This document shows, one piece after another, positions 21,311 to 34,820 of a DNA stretch of 64,000 nucleotides (position 1 is its first letter; every line of letters begins with the position of its first letter). Both the position numbers and the translations under genes were made by a program. Below the pieces are notes generated by a model, which had not been told where the DNA came from, searched no databases, and saw only the letters and a program-made list of their open reading frames with translations. The DNA comes from Lama glama (Eukaryota): contig CM052817.1 in assembly GCA_028534125.1 (NCBI GenBank), forward strand, positions 62,436,001 to 62,500,000. The letters run 5' to 3'.

Positions 21311-24300
21311 GAACAGTACTTATGTTTTCCATTTTTGTCTTCTTTTCCTTCATCTCCTGTAGTATGTTAAAGGCTTGATTTTTCTCACATACTTTTACCA
21401 AAAAAAAAAAAAAATTCCATGTGTCTCTTACCTTCCACACATGTCGTTTAGATTTTGAATCTGTCATTCTATAAGCTTGGCTATGATTTTTATTCAGTGA
21501 TTCCAGAATCTCACTAAGCATTGTTCTTACTGCCTTATAAAGGTCATCAGTGGGAATTTTAAATGCCACCTGGTCTCTCAATTGAGTTTACTGCATACTT
21601 TGTGTAGGCATGTGTTGCTAAGAGAGTGGCTTGCCTATCCTTATTACCCGATTACATATTCACTTTGAACTGCCCCATTTTCTAATAACCTTATCACATT
21701 CTAGTTTGTCAAAGTATAGTATGAAGCATAGCACTTGTCATAAAGATTTTATTAGTATGAAACCTTTCAAATCTTTAAAATGCTATGAACTTTATATATA
21801 TTAGCTAATATAGAAAGAAATTTGCCGTATGTACAATAAGCTTTACATATGTGTAAATGTTTCCTTTGAGAATAAATTTGCTCTTTTTATTCCTTAATAA
21901 AGACTTTATTTTCATGTTTATCAAAAATATTAAGGAGCAGGTGGCAACATTCTGTCAAGTTAAAGGAGTAGGAGTGCAAATACTCTATTTATTAACATTA
22001 TTCACAGTTTCTCTCCTAAACGCATTAAACTACTTACTATTCACCATAAGGGTATAAAACACTCACTGGAGCTTCAAATCAATGACACGTTGCCCTCTTT
22101 CCAATGCTGCTCTTTGGCAAAGAGAAGGAACTGCTCCTCAAACTCAGCATGCCATTTTTTAATTCACACTTAAATTTCCACTTGAGGAGGCAAGCCAAAA
22201 CAAACTGGTCTTCCCTGAGATGCACCCTGGGAATAAGTGCCCTCCCAACTTTAATAATGATCTGAGAAGAGTCTTTCTTCCACTCCCCTTTTCCATCTGA
22301 ATAGGAGTTGCTTATTAGGGCCCAGTTGTTTTCTACTCCTCTATTTGCATAATTCGCAGATGTCAACCTGCTGACTCTGTTCTGTCCCATAGAATTATAG
22401 TCTTTGTTCGTGAAGTAAATTGTCATCTCTTTGCAGCAATAATTAGGGAAATACTACATAATAGTTGGAGATGAAATGACTATCAGCATTTAGATAGATT
22501 GATAAGAGATAGATAAAACATTTTTTAGTTAATCATATTTTGATTCAAGACTGCTCTTTCTTTTAGAAATTAACCTTTGTGCGTGATTGCAAAATAGTAT
22601 ATGTATTTAAGACAGCTATACTTAAAAAATAGAATGGCTTGAGGATATGTATATATCTGTCATTGTCACCTCATTCATTATATACTATCTTTAAAAACAT
22701 ATTACTGTAAAAGGAAATATATCATTAGTTATTGGAACTTGGTAATAGAAATGAGACATTTTGGTTTTATATCCAGCCACAATAGTTTTTCAATGCTTAC
22801 ATGGATATTTAGGTAAAATGTTTCCTTCCCATTCAACATTCTGTGCAATTCAGCCTAATTCTTCAAATATCAACTGTTTTTAGTATCACTAATTGTTTTG
22901 GCATTTTCTTTACCTCAGTTTTTAAGAAAGTATTTTTCAGAAGAAAATGATACACAAAGACCATGGTACTACAAGTAAAAGAAACATCTACATGTTTGAA
23001 TCACATAGGATTTCAAAGATGATCAAATAAAATTATGTTGTGTAGATAGAGTAGAATAGGAAAACACTTCTGGTCAGGATATTCATCTACGATAGTATTT
23101 TAAGAAGCAGAATTTTGGGCTTCAACACATGCAGTGAAGAATTTAATTCACAAATATTTTGCTTAAGTGGATCTTTCTGGAGTTTAATTACATTTAGAGT
23201 TTTCTCTGCTCTTCCAATTTGGTCTTTATTTGCCATAGATTGGTTCACTCAATGGTTAATGGTTAATTTTGGAACATTGAAGTGTAGGTAAAATTCACTG
23301 CATTTAAAAATCTTTTTCTGACAATTTTGGATGAAGATGCTTGGAAGTGTAAGTTGACATTAACAACCATATATCACAGCATAGTTTTATAAATATGGTT
23401 AAATAATAGTTAACATAAATTCTTAATGTAAAACCAGTTTCTTTGGCCAGGATTCAGCAGCCCCTTAATTCATTTTTTAAAATAAATTGTTTTTAATGTA
23501 TAGAAAATTTGAATTGAATTGCTATGTAAAAAAATGGGATCTCTGATGTTAAACATGTATGATCACTGTTATGGTTTCCATTCTTCTTGAGGGTGGGGAA
23601 TATATGCAAGATACAAGCTAATCACAATGTTGCATTATCTTTCCATTTTATATCTATGTTAATCTTTTATATGTGCGAATAATACAGAAGTTGTGGTCAA
23701 TACCACTCTCTTATGACTGCAGAGTATTAAAATATCTGTGCCTCACCAAGAAAATTCTCATGGTTTTCACCTGTGATTGACTATTTGTGATTTCTGTGAC
23801 CTTTTAGGTCTTTAACTAAACGTTTCTAAGGTGTCCTGGAAGATGCATAGTATTCAAACCAGGATACCTCACTTATTTGTAGAAAGAAATGAGGAAAGTG
23901 AAATACTTCCTAGTGGCCACATGGTTAAAAAAATGCAGTGGGTTTGACTATATGTAATCATTGCTTTCCTCATTTTAACTACAAATGAACCAAAGTTAAT
24001 TATAATAAATGTTATATGAGAACCAAATATGGTAAACTTGCTCATTATCTTCAGCACAGAACACATGGCAAGTGCTCCATAAATAAAGAGTAAATAAAGA
24101 AAATATATAGTTCTACTAAAAGAGAGAGAAAATTTGAATATGTAGGTTAGAAAAGGGGAAGATGAAAAGTGACTCTTAAGGAAAACTGGTTTTCTCCATC
24201 TGGCCTTTCCTAAAGAGTTCCAAAGAGGAGCTGAGAATAGATCTTTTTCCTTCCTTTACTGGTAAAGATGCATATTTTTCAAACATGAAAGAATCAAAGA

Positions 24301-24499
24301 AAAGTGTGTCTAAGACTATTTTATTTTTAACCATCATTATAATAGTACCAGAGACAACTTGGCAAGCCATATGTTAGAAAATCAATAATGGAAAGTCATA
24401 TTGCCTTTTTAGACAAAAATTTTGAATGTTCCCTCCAACTCAGTAATTATCATTGGTACCAACATTGATGTTATCAATTTAAATTAAATCTTCCATTCT

Positions 24500-25256
24500 G
24501 ATATGAATAAATTATTGAATAAACAAAAATAATAGGCAAATTTTCCATGAAGAAAAATTCCAAGTAATTTCTGTAGATACTTTCCCCTCAAGTAGGTAGA
24601 TCATAACTTACAACTCCTTAAAATGTAGGCTGTGCATAGTGACTTCCTCCCAAAGAGTATAGAGTTAAATAAAATAAGGAAGCACAGTAACTTTACAATG
24701 GAGAAACCTGACAAACACTACTAAGTCAGGTGATCAAGGTCAATAACAGCAATGATAAAGCATGTTGATGGTACATACCCTTCATATAATATGATGGAAA
24801 TGGCGCTTTAACTCTGTGGCCTTCTTACCAAAACTTGTAACCCTAGTCTAATTATGAGAAAAACATCAAATCCCTGTTGTCATCCAAAACAAAGAATGTC
24901 TGAGAAACTGCTAAGAGGTGAACACAGAGAGGGATGAATAGTGATGTTGTATCCCGGATGGGATCCTGGAACAGAGAAATGACATTAGATAAAAAATAAG
25001 GAAATGTGAATAAAGTATAAGCATGATTTAATAATATTTCATCAATGTTTAATCAATGTTTCAATAGTGATTCATTAATTGTGATCATGCTGATGTAAGA
25101 TATTAACAATACATACTAACAGATCAATATTGATTCATTAAATGCAAGATGTTAACAATGGGGGAAATTGGGTGTGAGGTATATAGGAACTCTATACTAT
25201 ATTCAGAATTTTTCTGTAACTCTTAAGACTATTCTAAACTATGAAGTATGTTAAAA
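24500..25256 (+). mobile_element. L1MC-like 3'UTR
   Basis: GTAACTTTACAATGGAGAAACCTGACAAACACTAC, GGATGGGATCCTGGAACAGA, GATGTTAACAATGGGGGAAATTGGGTGTGAGGTATATAGGAACTCT. Confidence 0.85.
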
Positions 25257-27244
25257 ATTACCCAAAGAATTCCAGAATAATTTAAAAAATAAATTGATTT
25301 CTACTTTTAAAAATAGACTTTCTCATAGAACTTAAAATCCAAAAATGTATTTAATTAATTTTCTCCTAAATATTTATGTATAATGCTGTATATTACAGTT
25401 TTGGAGGTTTTAAGTTAGAGGAAAAATCATCAGATTCGTAAGGCCTGTAGGTGAGGACAATTTTGCTAAGTTGGATATTTTACTTTTATAAGAATTTTAT
25501 ATTGATAACATACAGTATGAAACTTTTTAAAGTAACTATCAGGAGACATTTTGAAAATACTCTTAGTGGAAATGGAAATGAAACTAACATTTAAAAAGTA
25601 CTGACTAAGTTAGAGTCTAAAAAAATGAGTAGCATGCATATTGACAAGCAATTTATCAATGATCAGATCATGAATATAGTAGAACATTAACCACTGCAAC
25701 ATTAGAAAAAAGTGAAACAAATAATTATAGGTAATTAACCAAATATTCTGCAAAAGCATGTTCCATTTCTATGTGAAAAGTAAAATTCAAGTTCTAGGTC
25801 CTGGGTCAAAATGGGTATCTTTGGGTTATTTCTTTTTCTGCACACCTCTTGAAAAAGAAAAGCTGCATTGCAGCATCTTATTTCCAGTCATGATATGGGA
25901 TGAGAGCAGAGTGGCCTGACATTTACAATACTTCAGTGGCAATTACATCACAGTTAATATATCAATTTAATTAAATTCCTATAGTGATTCATGACATAAA
26001 ACATCAAAATAAGTTAACTTGTACAGAAACAGACAAAAGATCAATGCAGTGGACAGTTATATAATGAATTAAAGTATTACTGCCATCTACTTAAGCATAC
26101 GTAGCTTTTCTGGGGTTTTTTGTTTTTGGTTTTGGTTTTTTTGTAAAGGAATCTCTTAGAAAGATATCATTAGGGAAGTTAGAAAAGACAGATCCCAGAA
26201 AATTCCAAAGATTCCTACAATCAGCCTTAAAAAAAACCAAATTATTTTTTACCTTACTTTTAAGTAAGAATCAAAGAACTATGCTTTCATTAAAAAAAAA
26301 TGGAATTCTTTCTTACAGTTTCCTAAGTAAAATGTGAATTTTGTATTTTAAAATGTGATTTGCTGCTAATTTCAGCAGGGTTTTTAGATAGACTGTCACT
26401 GAAATCCTTATGACTTATTATAAAAGCTGTATGTCAAAGAAAGGACCCAGGTGTTAAAGAGAGAAGAGAGAAATAGTGAAACTGGTGGGTGAGTAGATCA
26501 GGACGGTGGTGAAGGCTTAGTATAATCTGAGAACTAAATATGATCATGAAGTTCTACAGCAATTTGGAAGGAAGGTAGATGGTCTTCTTGCTAATAAAGG
26601 CAGTAGGATCTTCAGTAATTAAATAAAAAAAGAGAGGAAATATCATTCATTTAGTATTCCAGACTGATGAATTGGGTTTTATTGGTTACAATAAAAGTGC
26701 TAAAGAATAATAATTGGTGCTTTTCTGTGTCAGTGCTTTATAAATAATCTTGTGATCTTGTAGTTTTTTCCTTGTGGCTCTAAGCATCTGTATCTGAAAA
26801 GAAGAATGAGTTCAGTGAAATGTTTGCTAAGATATCTTCTATTTCAAACATTTTATAGTTCTATGGTGGAGAGATAATACCTAGCTCATTTCCCTTGCTA
26901 GTAATCTTAGTTTAGATACTGGTGGAGTATTATCAACTTATAAATAACAAATATTTTGCTTCATTTAATCAAGTAAAATAAGATATTGTGTGTGTATGTG
27001 AATAGTGTATGAATTAGTTCTGAAATCTTCCTGTTAAAAAAAAAATAATGTTTTGTATGGACATGTGCTTTAGGAATAGGATTACCAAATATTCCAAGAA
27101 AATTTGAGTTGCCACCATCATCTTCAGTGGTATTCTACTACCTTGAAAAACTCCAGTGGTAATGCTAATGGAAAATCACTCACATTAGGAAAAGAGAACA
27201 GATAAGCAGATAAAATAGAGTCCTATTTATCTAACAATACTGCT

Positions 27245-27661
27245 GAGTCATTCTCAGTTAAAATTAGGTTCATTTATGAATAACAGAAAATCTCAAATTA
27301 TAGCTACTTACTCAAGATAGAAATTTGTCTCAATCTCACAGAAGGATTGATAGACTATAACTAATACAGTGGCTCTGTCCTCCTTAGGGATCTGAGCTCC
27401 TTCTGTGCTTGGCCGCCTTTAACATGTCACTTCCATCTTGCTGTACAGATACTTGTTCTAGTTCTAGATACTGTATCCATATTCTAGTCTTCACAGAAGT
27501 TGTTACCATTTTGCTTACATTTTCCTGATCACATCTAACTGCAAAGAAAGCTAGTAAGTAGTACTTTTTTGCCAACCCATTTGCCCAGCTTAAATTCACG
27601 GGGTCGATTACTGAGAAGAAATTGAGAACAGATATTGGGGGACACTGACAGCCTCTGCCAC
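27245..27661 (-). mobile_element. MaLR LTR (MLT1J-like)
   Basis: TAACAGAAAATCTCAAA...CACATCTAACTGCAAAGAAAGCT...GATATTGGGGGACACTGACAGCCTCTGCCAC. Confidence 0.65.
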
Positions 27662-27925
27662 TAGTCCACCTTTTGGCAAAACGTTCCTGCTGAGTATTGC
27701 ACTCACGTCCCACATTAAGTTATCTTCTGATTGTAATTAACCATAGACCAAAAGACAAGATATCTTCTCCCGGCACCAAAATAGAGCGGTGGAGTAGGAT
27801 CAGGATAACCTTAATAGAAACTTCCATTGAGAAAAGGAATGAATGTAAAATACCCAGCAATTACTAATTCATTAGTAATTTTGTGTACTTATCTGCATGA
27901 TTTTCTGTTAGTAAAGTTTCAAAGT

Positions 27926-29305
27926 CAGCAGTTCTCAAACTTTTTGGTCTCAGGACCCCTTTACATTTTTATAGTTACTGAGGAGAGCAAAGAGCTTTTT
28001 AAAATGCAGGGTATGTCTATCAATATTTGCTGCTTTGGTAATTAATATTGAATAATTTTCAAAATACTTATTGATTTATTTATTTAAAATAATAAAAAAC
28101 TGGATGTTAAAATATTTTTATGAAAAAAACTGTATTTTCCAAAACAAAAAAAAAATTAGTGAGAAGAGTGACATCATTTAAATATTGCAAATCTTCTTAA
28201 TGTCTGACTTAATAGAAGGCAGATGAATTCTGACATCTGCTTCAGCATTCCATGTACTGTGATGTTAGTGAAGTGGGTGAAGAAAATTTGGCTTCATACA
28301 AAAAGGTGGAAAAGAGAGGAATATTTTAATAACCTTTACAGAAAATTGTGGGTATTCCTTTTTGATGCTACACCAAAACTTGACAAGTGGAAGTTTCTTA
28401 AAAATTAGTTGCAATGTGGAACGTGAAACCAAATTAATTTTTTATACTATAACATTAAAGTCTGTTTTGTGTTTTGCATTTTGAATGGCCCTTTACCCAT
28501 GCATGAATCATTTTGAAAATATTGGTTCCCTAAGTTGTTAAGGTTTTCCAAATGTTTTTGCATTTTGTTATATAATATGAAAAAAATCACATTTGATAAT
28601 ATCACCATACAAATCTTCAAGTATTGAGAAGCTATCAAGTTTTTTGGTGATGGATTTAAGTTTCCAAAATTCAAATTTTTGCTTGAAAGCTCAGATTTTA
28701 TCACTGGCAATAAATAGTGTCAGTTGTTCTTCCTGAAGTGACAGACTCACTTTGTTCACTTTAGAAAAAAATATCTTCCCAATATTCAAGTATTAATAAC
28801 CATAGTCTGTCTGTCAGCAATTCTTTCTAGTAAGAATGATGTTCCGTGAAATAAGGGGCTAGTTCAAGTAAAATAAGAGCTTTCCCCTTAAGTCAATCAT
28901 CATACTTCACTAGGCAACAAAAGTGCTTAATGTGTACCTCATATTTCACCATGTAAAATATTTGAAAAATATATGCTCAAAAGTTAATTAGTAATTTTAG
29001 TGTTTTATCAGGATATTATGAGTGCATGTGTGTGTGTTTGTATGTGTGTATGTGCGACTGTGTGTACGTGGTAGAGAAAAATAAAATGACTATTAGTATA
29101 GTTTGTTGCCACTGCCTTTATTCTGGCTAAAGTGACAGCAGTTTTACCCATCATTGCTTTTAAACCATTACTGCAAATGTTTACACAGTGAAAAAGGGCA
29201 AATGATATCTTAGTATTATGATGAAAATCATTTAGCTTCACAATTCCCCTGAAAAGCTCTTGGGGGACCCCCAAGGGACCTCAAGCCACACCTTGAGAAT
29301 CACCG
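27926..29305 (-). mobile_element. hAT DNA transposon fossil (Charlie1a-like)
   Basis: Imperfect TIRs CAGCAGTTCTCAA and TTGAGAATCACCG; minus ORF 29008-29274 contains decayed hAT transposase motifs CVNICSNGLKAMMGK (cf. ICTDGAxxMxG) and SHFIFLYH (cf. HCxxH). Confidence 0.88.
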
Positions 29306-29319
29306 TGTGAGGTTAAAAG

Positions 29320-30110
29320 AGCATGCACATTTGAAATATTTACAGATGCTGCCTGGTTGTACAATTTTCATTTTCACCAAAAATTTTGGTGTGACTGGTT
29401 TTGACATTTTGACTAATATTGGTGTTATTAAAAGTATAACTCTTTGTCTATCTGATAGATAAGAAAAAGCTCATTGTTACCTTAATTTATTTCAATTTTA
29501 CCATAAGTGAATGTCAGGATCTTTCCATATATTTATTGGCCAATATGATACTGGTGCAGGGATAGACAGTTTCATGCGACAGAATAAAGACTTTATAAAG
29601 TGACCTAAACTCATTTGGGAATGTAATTTATGATTAAAGTTGGATTTCCTTAATAGGTAATCAGCTGGAAGAGGGGAGTAGATGCTTTCATAAATGATAT
29701 TGTGGTAACTGGCTAGCTATTTGAAAAATAAGTTGATTTATAATTAATTTACATTTTTTATAAAAAATTCTGAATGAAAGGTCAAAATGTTTTTAAAATT
29801 CAACTCATTAAGTAGAAGAAAAGACTGGTTAACTTATTTTTTATTTTATGTTTGAAACATTTGTTAAAATATAAAACAGGAAAACCAGAAGAGTTAAAAA
29901 AAAGTAAATGACTATATAAAATTATTTAAAATTTTAAATGGCAACAGCACAAAATAAATCATAAGAAAAATAATAAAATGAGAAATAAATGTGTTTAATA
30001 CATACCACTACTGACTAACTCTACATTTTAACATATTCAGTGCTATTGTAAATGTGTAAGAAAAAGAAATAAACAGCCTTTCAGAAAAATACAAGATACG
30101 AATGTAGAAT
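29320..30110. mobile_element. Ancient L1 (L1ME-like) fragments, apparently in both orientations
   Basis: Antisense CTTTCCATATATTTATTGGCC followed by sense GATACTGGTGCAGGGATAGAC...TAACTGGCTAGCTATTTG. Confidence 0.5.
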
Positions 30111-30499
30111 CTTGAAGTAGATCTTACAAACAACTTTATAGCTAATATATAGTCAATTCTTCCAGCCCTCTTATTTATAGATGAGGAAACTTAAGTCGAG
30201 AGGCATAATAAAAGTTAAATGTCTTTACTCTCCATTAAACTCTTTAAAAAGTATAACTTATTGATTCATTTGTTTCTAAGTAATTAAATTACCCTAATCT
30301 GATTTGTTTTCAACTGCATGTAAATTTAAATATATGTCATATAAATATATGTCATATGTATATATATCACTCTGTAACTACTCCATGAAAATGCAAATGG
30401 CATAGAATGACCTTTAGCTATTTGCAACTGATATATTTAAAAAATAGATTAGCATTATTCTATTGAAATCGACACCATCTGTTCTTATAGCACAGGGCT

Positions 30500-30720
30500 A
30501 ATATAGTGGTTATAAACTCAGGTCTCAAACCCAACCGCTCCAGCTGGAATCCTGGGTTTGTGACATACTGAGCAACCTGAACAATGTACTGAAACTCTGT
30601 ATGTCTCAGTTCCTGATTTATGTATCATCCTAGTTGGCTACAGTTATTATAGGATTAACTCATGCTTATAAAGAGTTTATGATAAGGCATGACATGCATT
30701 AAATCATCATTTTCATCATC
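30500..30720 (+). mobile_element. MIR SINE
   Basis: TATAGTGGTTATAAACTCAGG...GAATCCTGG...CTCTGTATGTCTCAGTT. Confidence 0.55.
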
Positions 30721-33700
30721 ACTTAAAAGTGGGGGCACTGACCAGTGAGTTTTCTCCTTTGTCTATTGCTGCACTGTGGATTAAAGGCATGTCTCAGCCT
30801 GCTCTGTTAACACCACACAAACGATCTGCATAGAGAATTGATTTCAATACAAAGTCTGTAACCCAGTTGTTTTCATAATGTATTAAGTAACATGATGAAT
30901 GAATCCCAGGTGTATATTGACAGAGGTTGCAGAAAGGATTTAGGGTCAGTTAGCATAATGGAAATTGAATTTGTTATTTTAACCTTTTGTATGAGGAAGA
31001 ACTTACAGAACCTAGTTGCAAAGTCCATGTGAGAGTGAAGACAGAGAGTAAATGACACAACAGGGGATACAAATCAGCTGATTTCAAATTCAGATTATAT
31101 CTACATGCTCTCTCATTTGTCCTGTTTTTATTTCTCATTGCGCGCCTACTATCAACTTGACCTTGCTGTTCTTTGTTCTTTGAAAACTCTTCTGGAAACA
31201 CTACAAAAGCTTAGATATGCAGTATTCTCATGTAACCTGGAAACTAAATTGAACTGGAAATCATCTATGCATACTAAGGCCAATGCCTGCCCATTCTGAA
31301 TGGATCACTGGTGGCTCATCACAATTTCTTAGACATCCAATACTGACCTTAGATAGAAAATGATTCTCAGGAGCTAGAAAAGCTTTCATTTTTCAGATTT
31401 TTCTTTCCTCTGTCCTTTACGGTTCTGAACTCAATCAAATTGTCAGAGGGCTATCTCCCATCACATAGATGATGGAAATGGGAATTTGGGTCTATTTATT
31501 TCTGAAAAGAAAGAGCTATGGGTATGCAAACCTCACCACTCAGCATTTTAGAAACATGCAACACACAAGAGCAATCAGAGTTCTCTTGAATGAAATACTT
31601 CTCAAAAAATACCAAACAACAAACAACAAAGAACAAATGGACTTTCTTCTTAAGTCAAATTGCTACTCTCATTCTCTCCCTGCTGCATACTTTCTGAATT
31701 TACATTCTCCTTGTAAATACATTAAGTGACAAAAATTTGCTAGATTACACTAGTGGATGATCATATGACTTTTCATGCTGAAGAATGGTTTGTGACACAC
31801 TATTCATTAGTCATTTATTCCATTAAAAAAAAAACACATACAGCATTTTAAAATTAGTCCTCTGAGTTTTTATATAACAATTTCTTATTGTTTAGGGGAA
31901 GGTTTTTTTTTTTTTAAACAGTATTTTTGAGATGCAACTCATTCCTTAGGATTTTCTGTATATAAGATCATGACATTTATAAGTTTTTCTTCTTTATTTC
32001 AACTTTATGCTTTTTTTTTTCTTTCCTAATTGTACTGGTTGGAAATTTCAGTACAAAGTTGAAAAGTGCTGGCAAGAGTGAACATCCTGTCTTGTGTCTG
32101 ATCTTAGGTGGAAAGCATTTCAGTTTTTCTCCATTAAGAGTGATATTACATGTAGGATTTCATGAATTCTCTTTATCAACTTGAAGAAGTTCATGTCTAT
32201 TCCTAGTTTGTTGAATGGTTTTATTTTTAAAAAGGTGTTGATTTTATCAAAAATTTTACTTCATCTATTCCAATGAGCATTTTTTTTGGTCTTTTGTTCT
32301 ATAAGTATTGTGTAGTATATGGACTAATTTTTCAGATGTTAATCCAACATTGAATTGCTGGGTTAAATCATACTTGGTCCTGGCGTATAATTCTTTTTAT
32401 ATGTTACTGGAGTTTGATTGCTAGTGTTTTGTAAGAATTTTGCATCTGTATTTAAAAGAGATACTGGTCTGTAGTTTTCTTGTGATGTCTTTGCCAGGTT
32501 TTTGTCTGTTTGTTTTTGTTTTTGTTTTGTATTTGGTAATACTGACCTCAGAATCCATTAAGAAGTGTTCCCTAATCTGTTTCTTGGAAGAATATGTGAA
32601 GGATTTGTGTTGTATCTTAAATGTTTGGTAGGATTCATCAGAAAGTCTTCTGGGTTCAAACATTTCTTTGTGAACTTAAATAATGTATAATTCAAGTTTT
32701 ATTTTTTTATACATCTGTTCAGAGTTTGTATTTCTCCTTGAATAAGTTACATTTGTTTGTGTCTTCCTGGGAATTTGTCCACTTCATCTAAGCTACCTAA
32801 TTTTTTGGCATATAATTATTCTTCCTATTACCTTATAATTATTTTTATTCCTCTGAGGCTGGAAATAATGTCCCCTTTTCATTTCTGATTATGATCGTTT
32901 CAGTCCTCTCTTTTTTCATGTTCAGTATAAAGGTTTGTCAATTTTGTCCAACTTTTCAAATAACTAACTTTTGGTTTCATTTATTTTCTCTATTGATTTT
33001 CAGTTTTTTATTTCATTAAGTTTTGCTCTAATCTGTCTAATTTTTTTCCTCTTGATTGCTTTTGGTTTATTTTACTCTTATTTTCTCATTTATTGAAGTA
33101 GAAGTTTAGAATATTAATTGAAGATCTTTCTTCTTTTATACTTTAGGCATTTCAGCTATAAATATCCCTCTAATATACATTTCAGTATGTTGTATTTTTG
33201 TTTACATCATCAAAATATTTTCTGATTCCTCCTGTAATTTTTTTGACTATTAAAAGAAACTGCATTGTTTAATTTTCACATATTGGTGAATTTTCCTAAT
33301 TATATTTTTGATTTCCAATTTTATTCCATATTGGTTGAACATACTTAATATGATTTCTGCCTTTTAAATTTATCAAAACTTATTTCATAACCTTGCATAT
33401 GATCTATTCTGGAGAATGTTCTATATGTGTTTGAGAATGCGTATTTTATGTTGTTGGATGGAGTGTTCTATAGAGATGTCTTTTATGTTTGGTTGGTACA
33501 TAGTGTTGTTCAAGCCTTATATTTCCCTGTTTATCTTCTGCCTTGTTCTATCCATGGTTGAAAGTGGGTTATTGAAATCTCCAACTATTATTTGTTTAAT
33601 AGTTTATTTCTCCCTTCAATTCAAACAGTTTTTGCTTTATGCGTTTTGGAACTCTTTTATTAGGTTCGTAACTGTTACATCTTCCTGATGGATTGATATT

Positions 33701-34399
33701 CTTATCATTAGAAAATGCTATTCTTTATCTCTAGTAGCAATTTTTCTTAAAGTCTGTTATATTTAATATAATAGTACAGTTTTAGTTTAGTTACTATAGG
33801 AATAGTATATCTTGTTATCCTTTTAGTTTCCATCTGTTTATGTCTTTGAACCTAAAGAATGTCTCTTATGGACTGCTTAATTTGGATCATGTATTTTTCT
33901 GTTCCTTCTGCCAATATCTGCTTTTAAACTATTTAACCAATTTATATTTAATATAACTATTGATATGGTAGGATTTTTGTCTGGCATTTTGTTATTTGTA
34001 TTCCATACGTCTAATGTCTTTCTTTTTTTTTTTTTTCTGTCCTACCATTCCTCAATTAGTATCTTCTTTGTGTTATATAGATATTTCCTATTATACCATT
34101 TTATTCCCTTGTTTCTTTTACTATCTATCTATTTTTCTATCTATCTTTTTTAGTTATTTTTTTAGTGCTTTCCCTAAAGGGATTACAATTAGCATCTTAG
34201 TTTAAAACAATTTAGTTTGGATTAAAGCTAACTTAATTAATACTAATGTAAGTTTGAAAGTATACAAATCTTTGCTCCAGTATACTTTTGTTTCTTCCAT
34301 TTCTTTGTACTGTTATTGCCATATAAATTATATATCTGTACATTACAAACCTAACAACAGAATTTTATAATTATTGTTTATGTAATTATGTAACTGTCT

Positions 34400-34507
34400 T
34401 TTTTTAATTTAAAAGATTTTTATTTAATTAATGGAGGTGCTGGGGATTGAACCCAGGACCTCATGCATGCTAAGCACACACTCTACCACTGAGCTAAACC
34501 CTCCCCC
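34400..34507 (-). mobile_element. tRNA-derived camelid SINE (Vic-1-like) nested in L1
   Basis: Reverse complement GGGGGAGGGTTTAGCTCAGTGGTAGAGTGTGTGCTTAGCATGCATGAGGTCCTGGGTTCAATCCCCAGCACCTCC plus A-rich tail; homologous to 5415-5484. Confidence 0.9.
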
Positions 34508-34718
34508 TGTAGTTCTCTTTTTAAAGAGAGAGGAAAAGAATTATGAATAAATATATGTTTATACTGTGTTTTATATTTACCTAAGTAGTACGTTTTATCA
34601 GTGCTTTTTATTAATTCTTGTGGATTTGAGTTACTATTTAGTATTCTTTTGTTTTAGCCTGAATTATTATCTTTAGTTTCTTTTTTCTTTTTTTTTTACA
34701 TAGAGCAGTTATCTAGCA

Positions 34719-34820
34719 TGTGTGTGTGTATATATATACACAAGAGTGTGTTTGTGTGTGTGTGTGTGTGTATGTGTATATATATATATGTACATATATA
34801 TGTGTGTGTATCTATATATG
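34719..34820. repeat. Compound (TG)n/(TA)n microsatellite
   Basis: Directly visible. Confidence 0.9.

Noticed and set aside
25040..25160. Short internal duplications in the L1MC 3'UTR
   Set aside because: Local slippage within a dead repeat; no sign of function.
29008..29274. Domesticated hAT transposase gene
   Set aside because: Short; the catalytic Asp motif has decayed (SNG for TDG) and the frame runs into a TG microsatellite; ordinary fossil.
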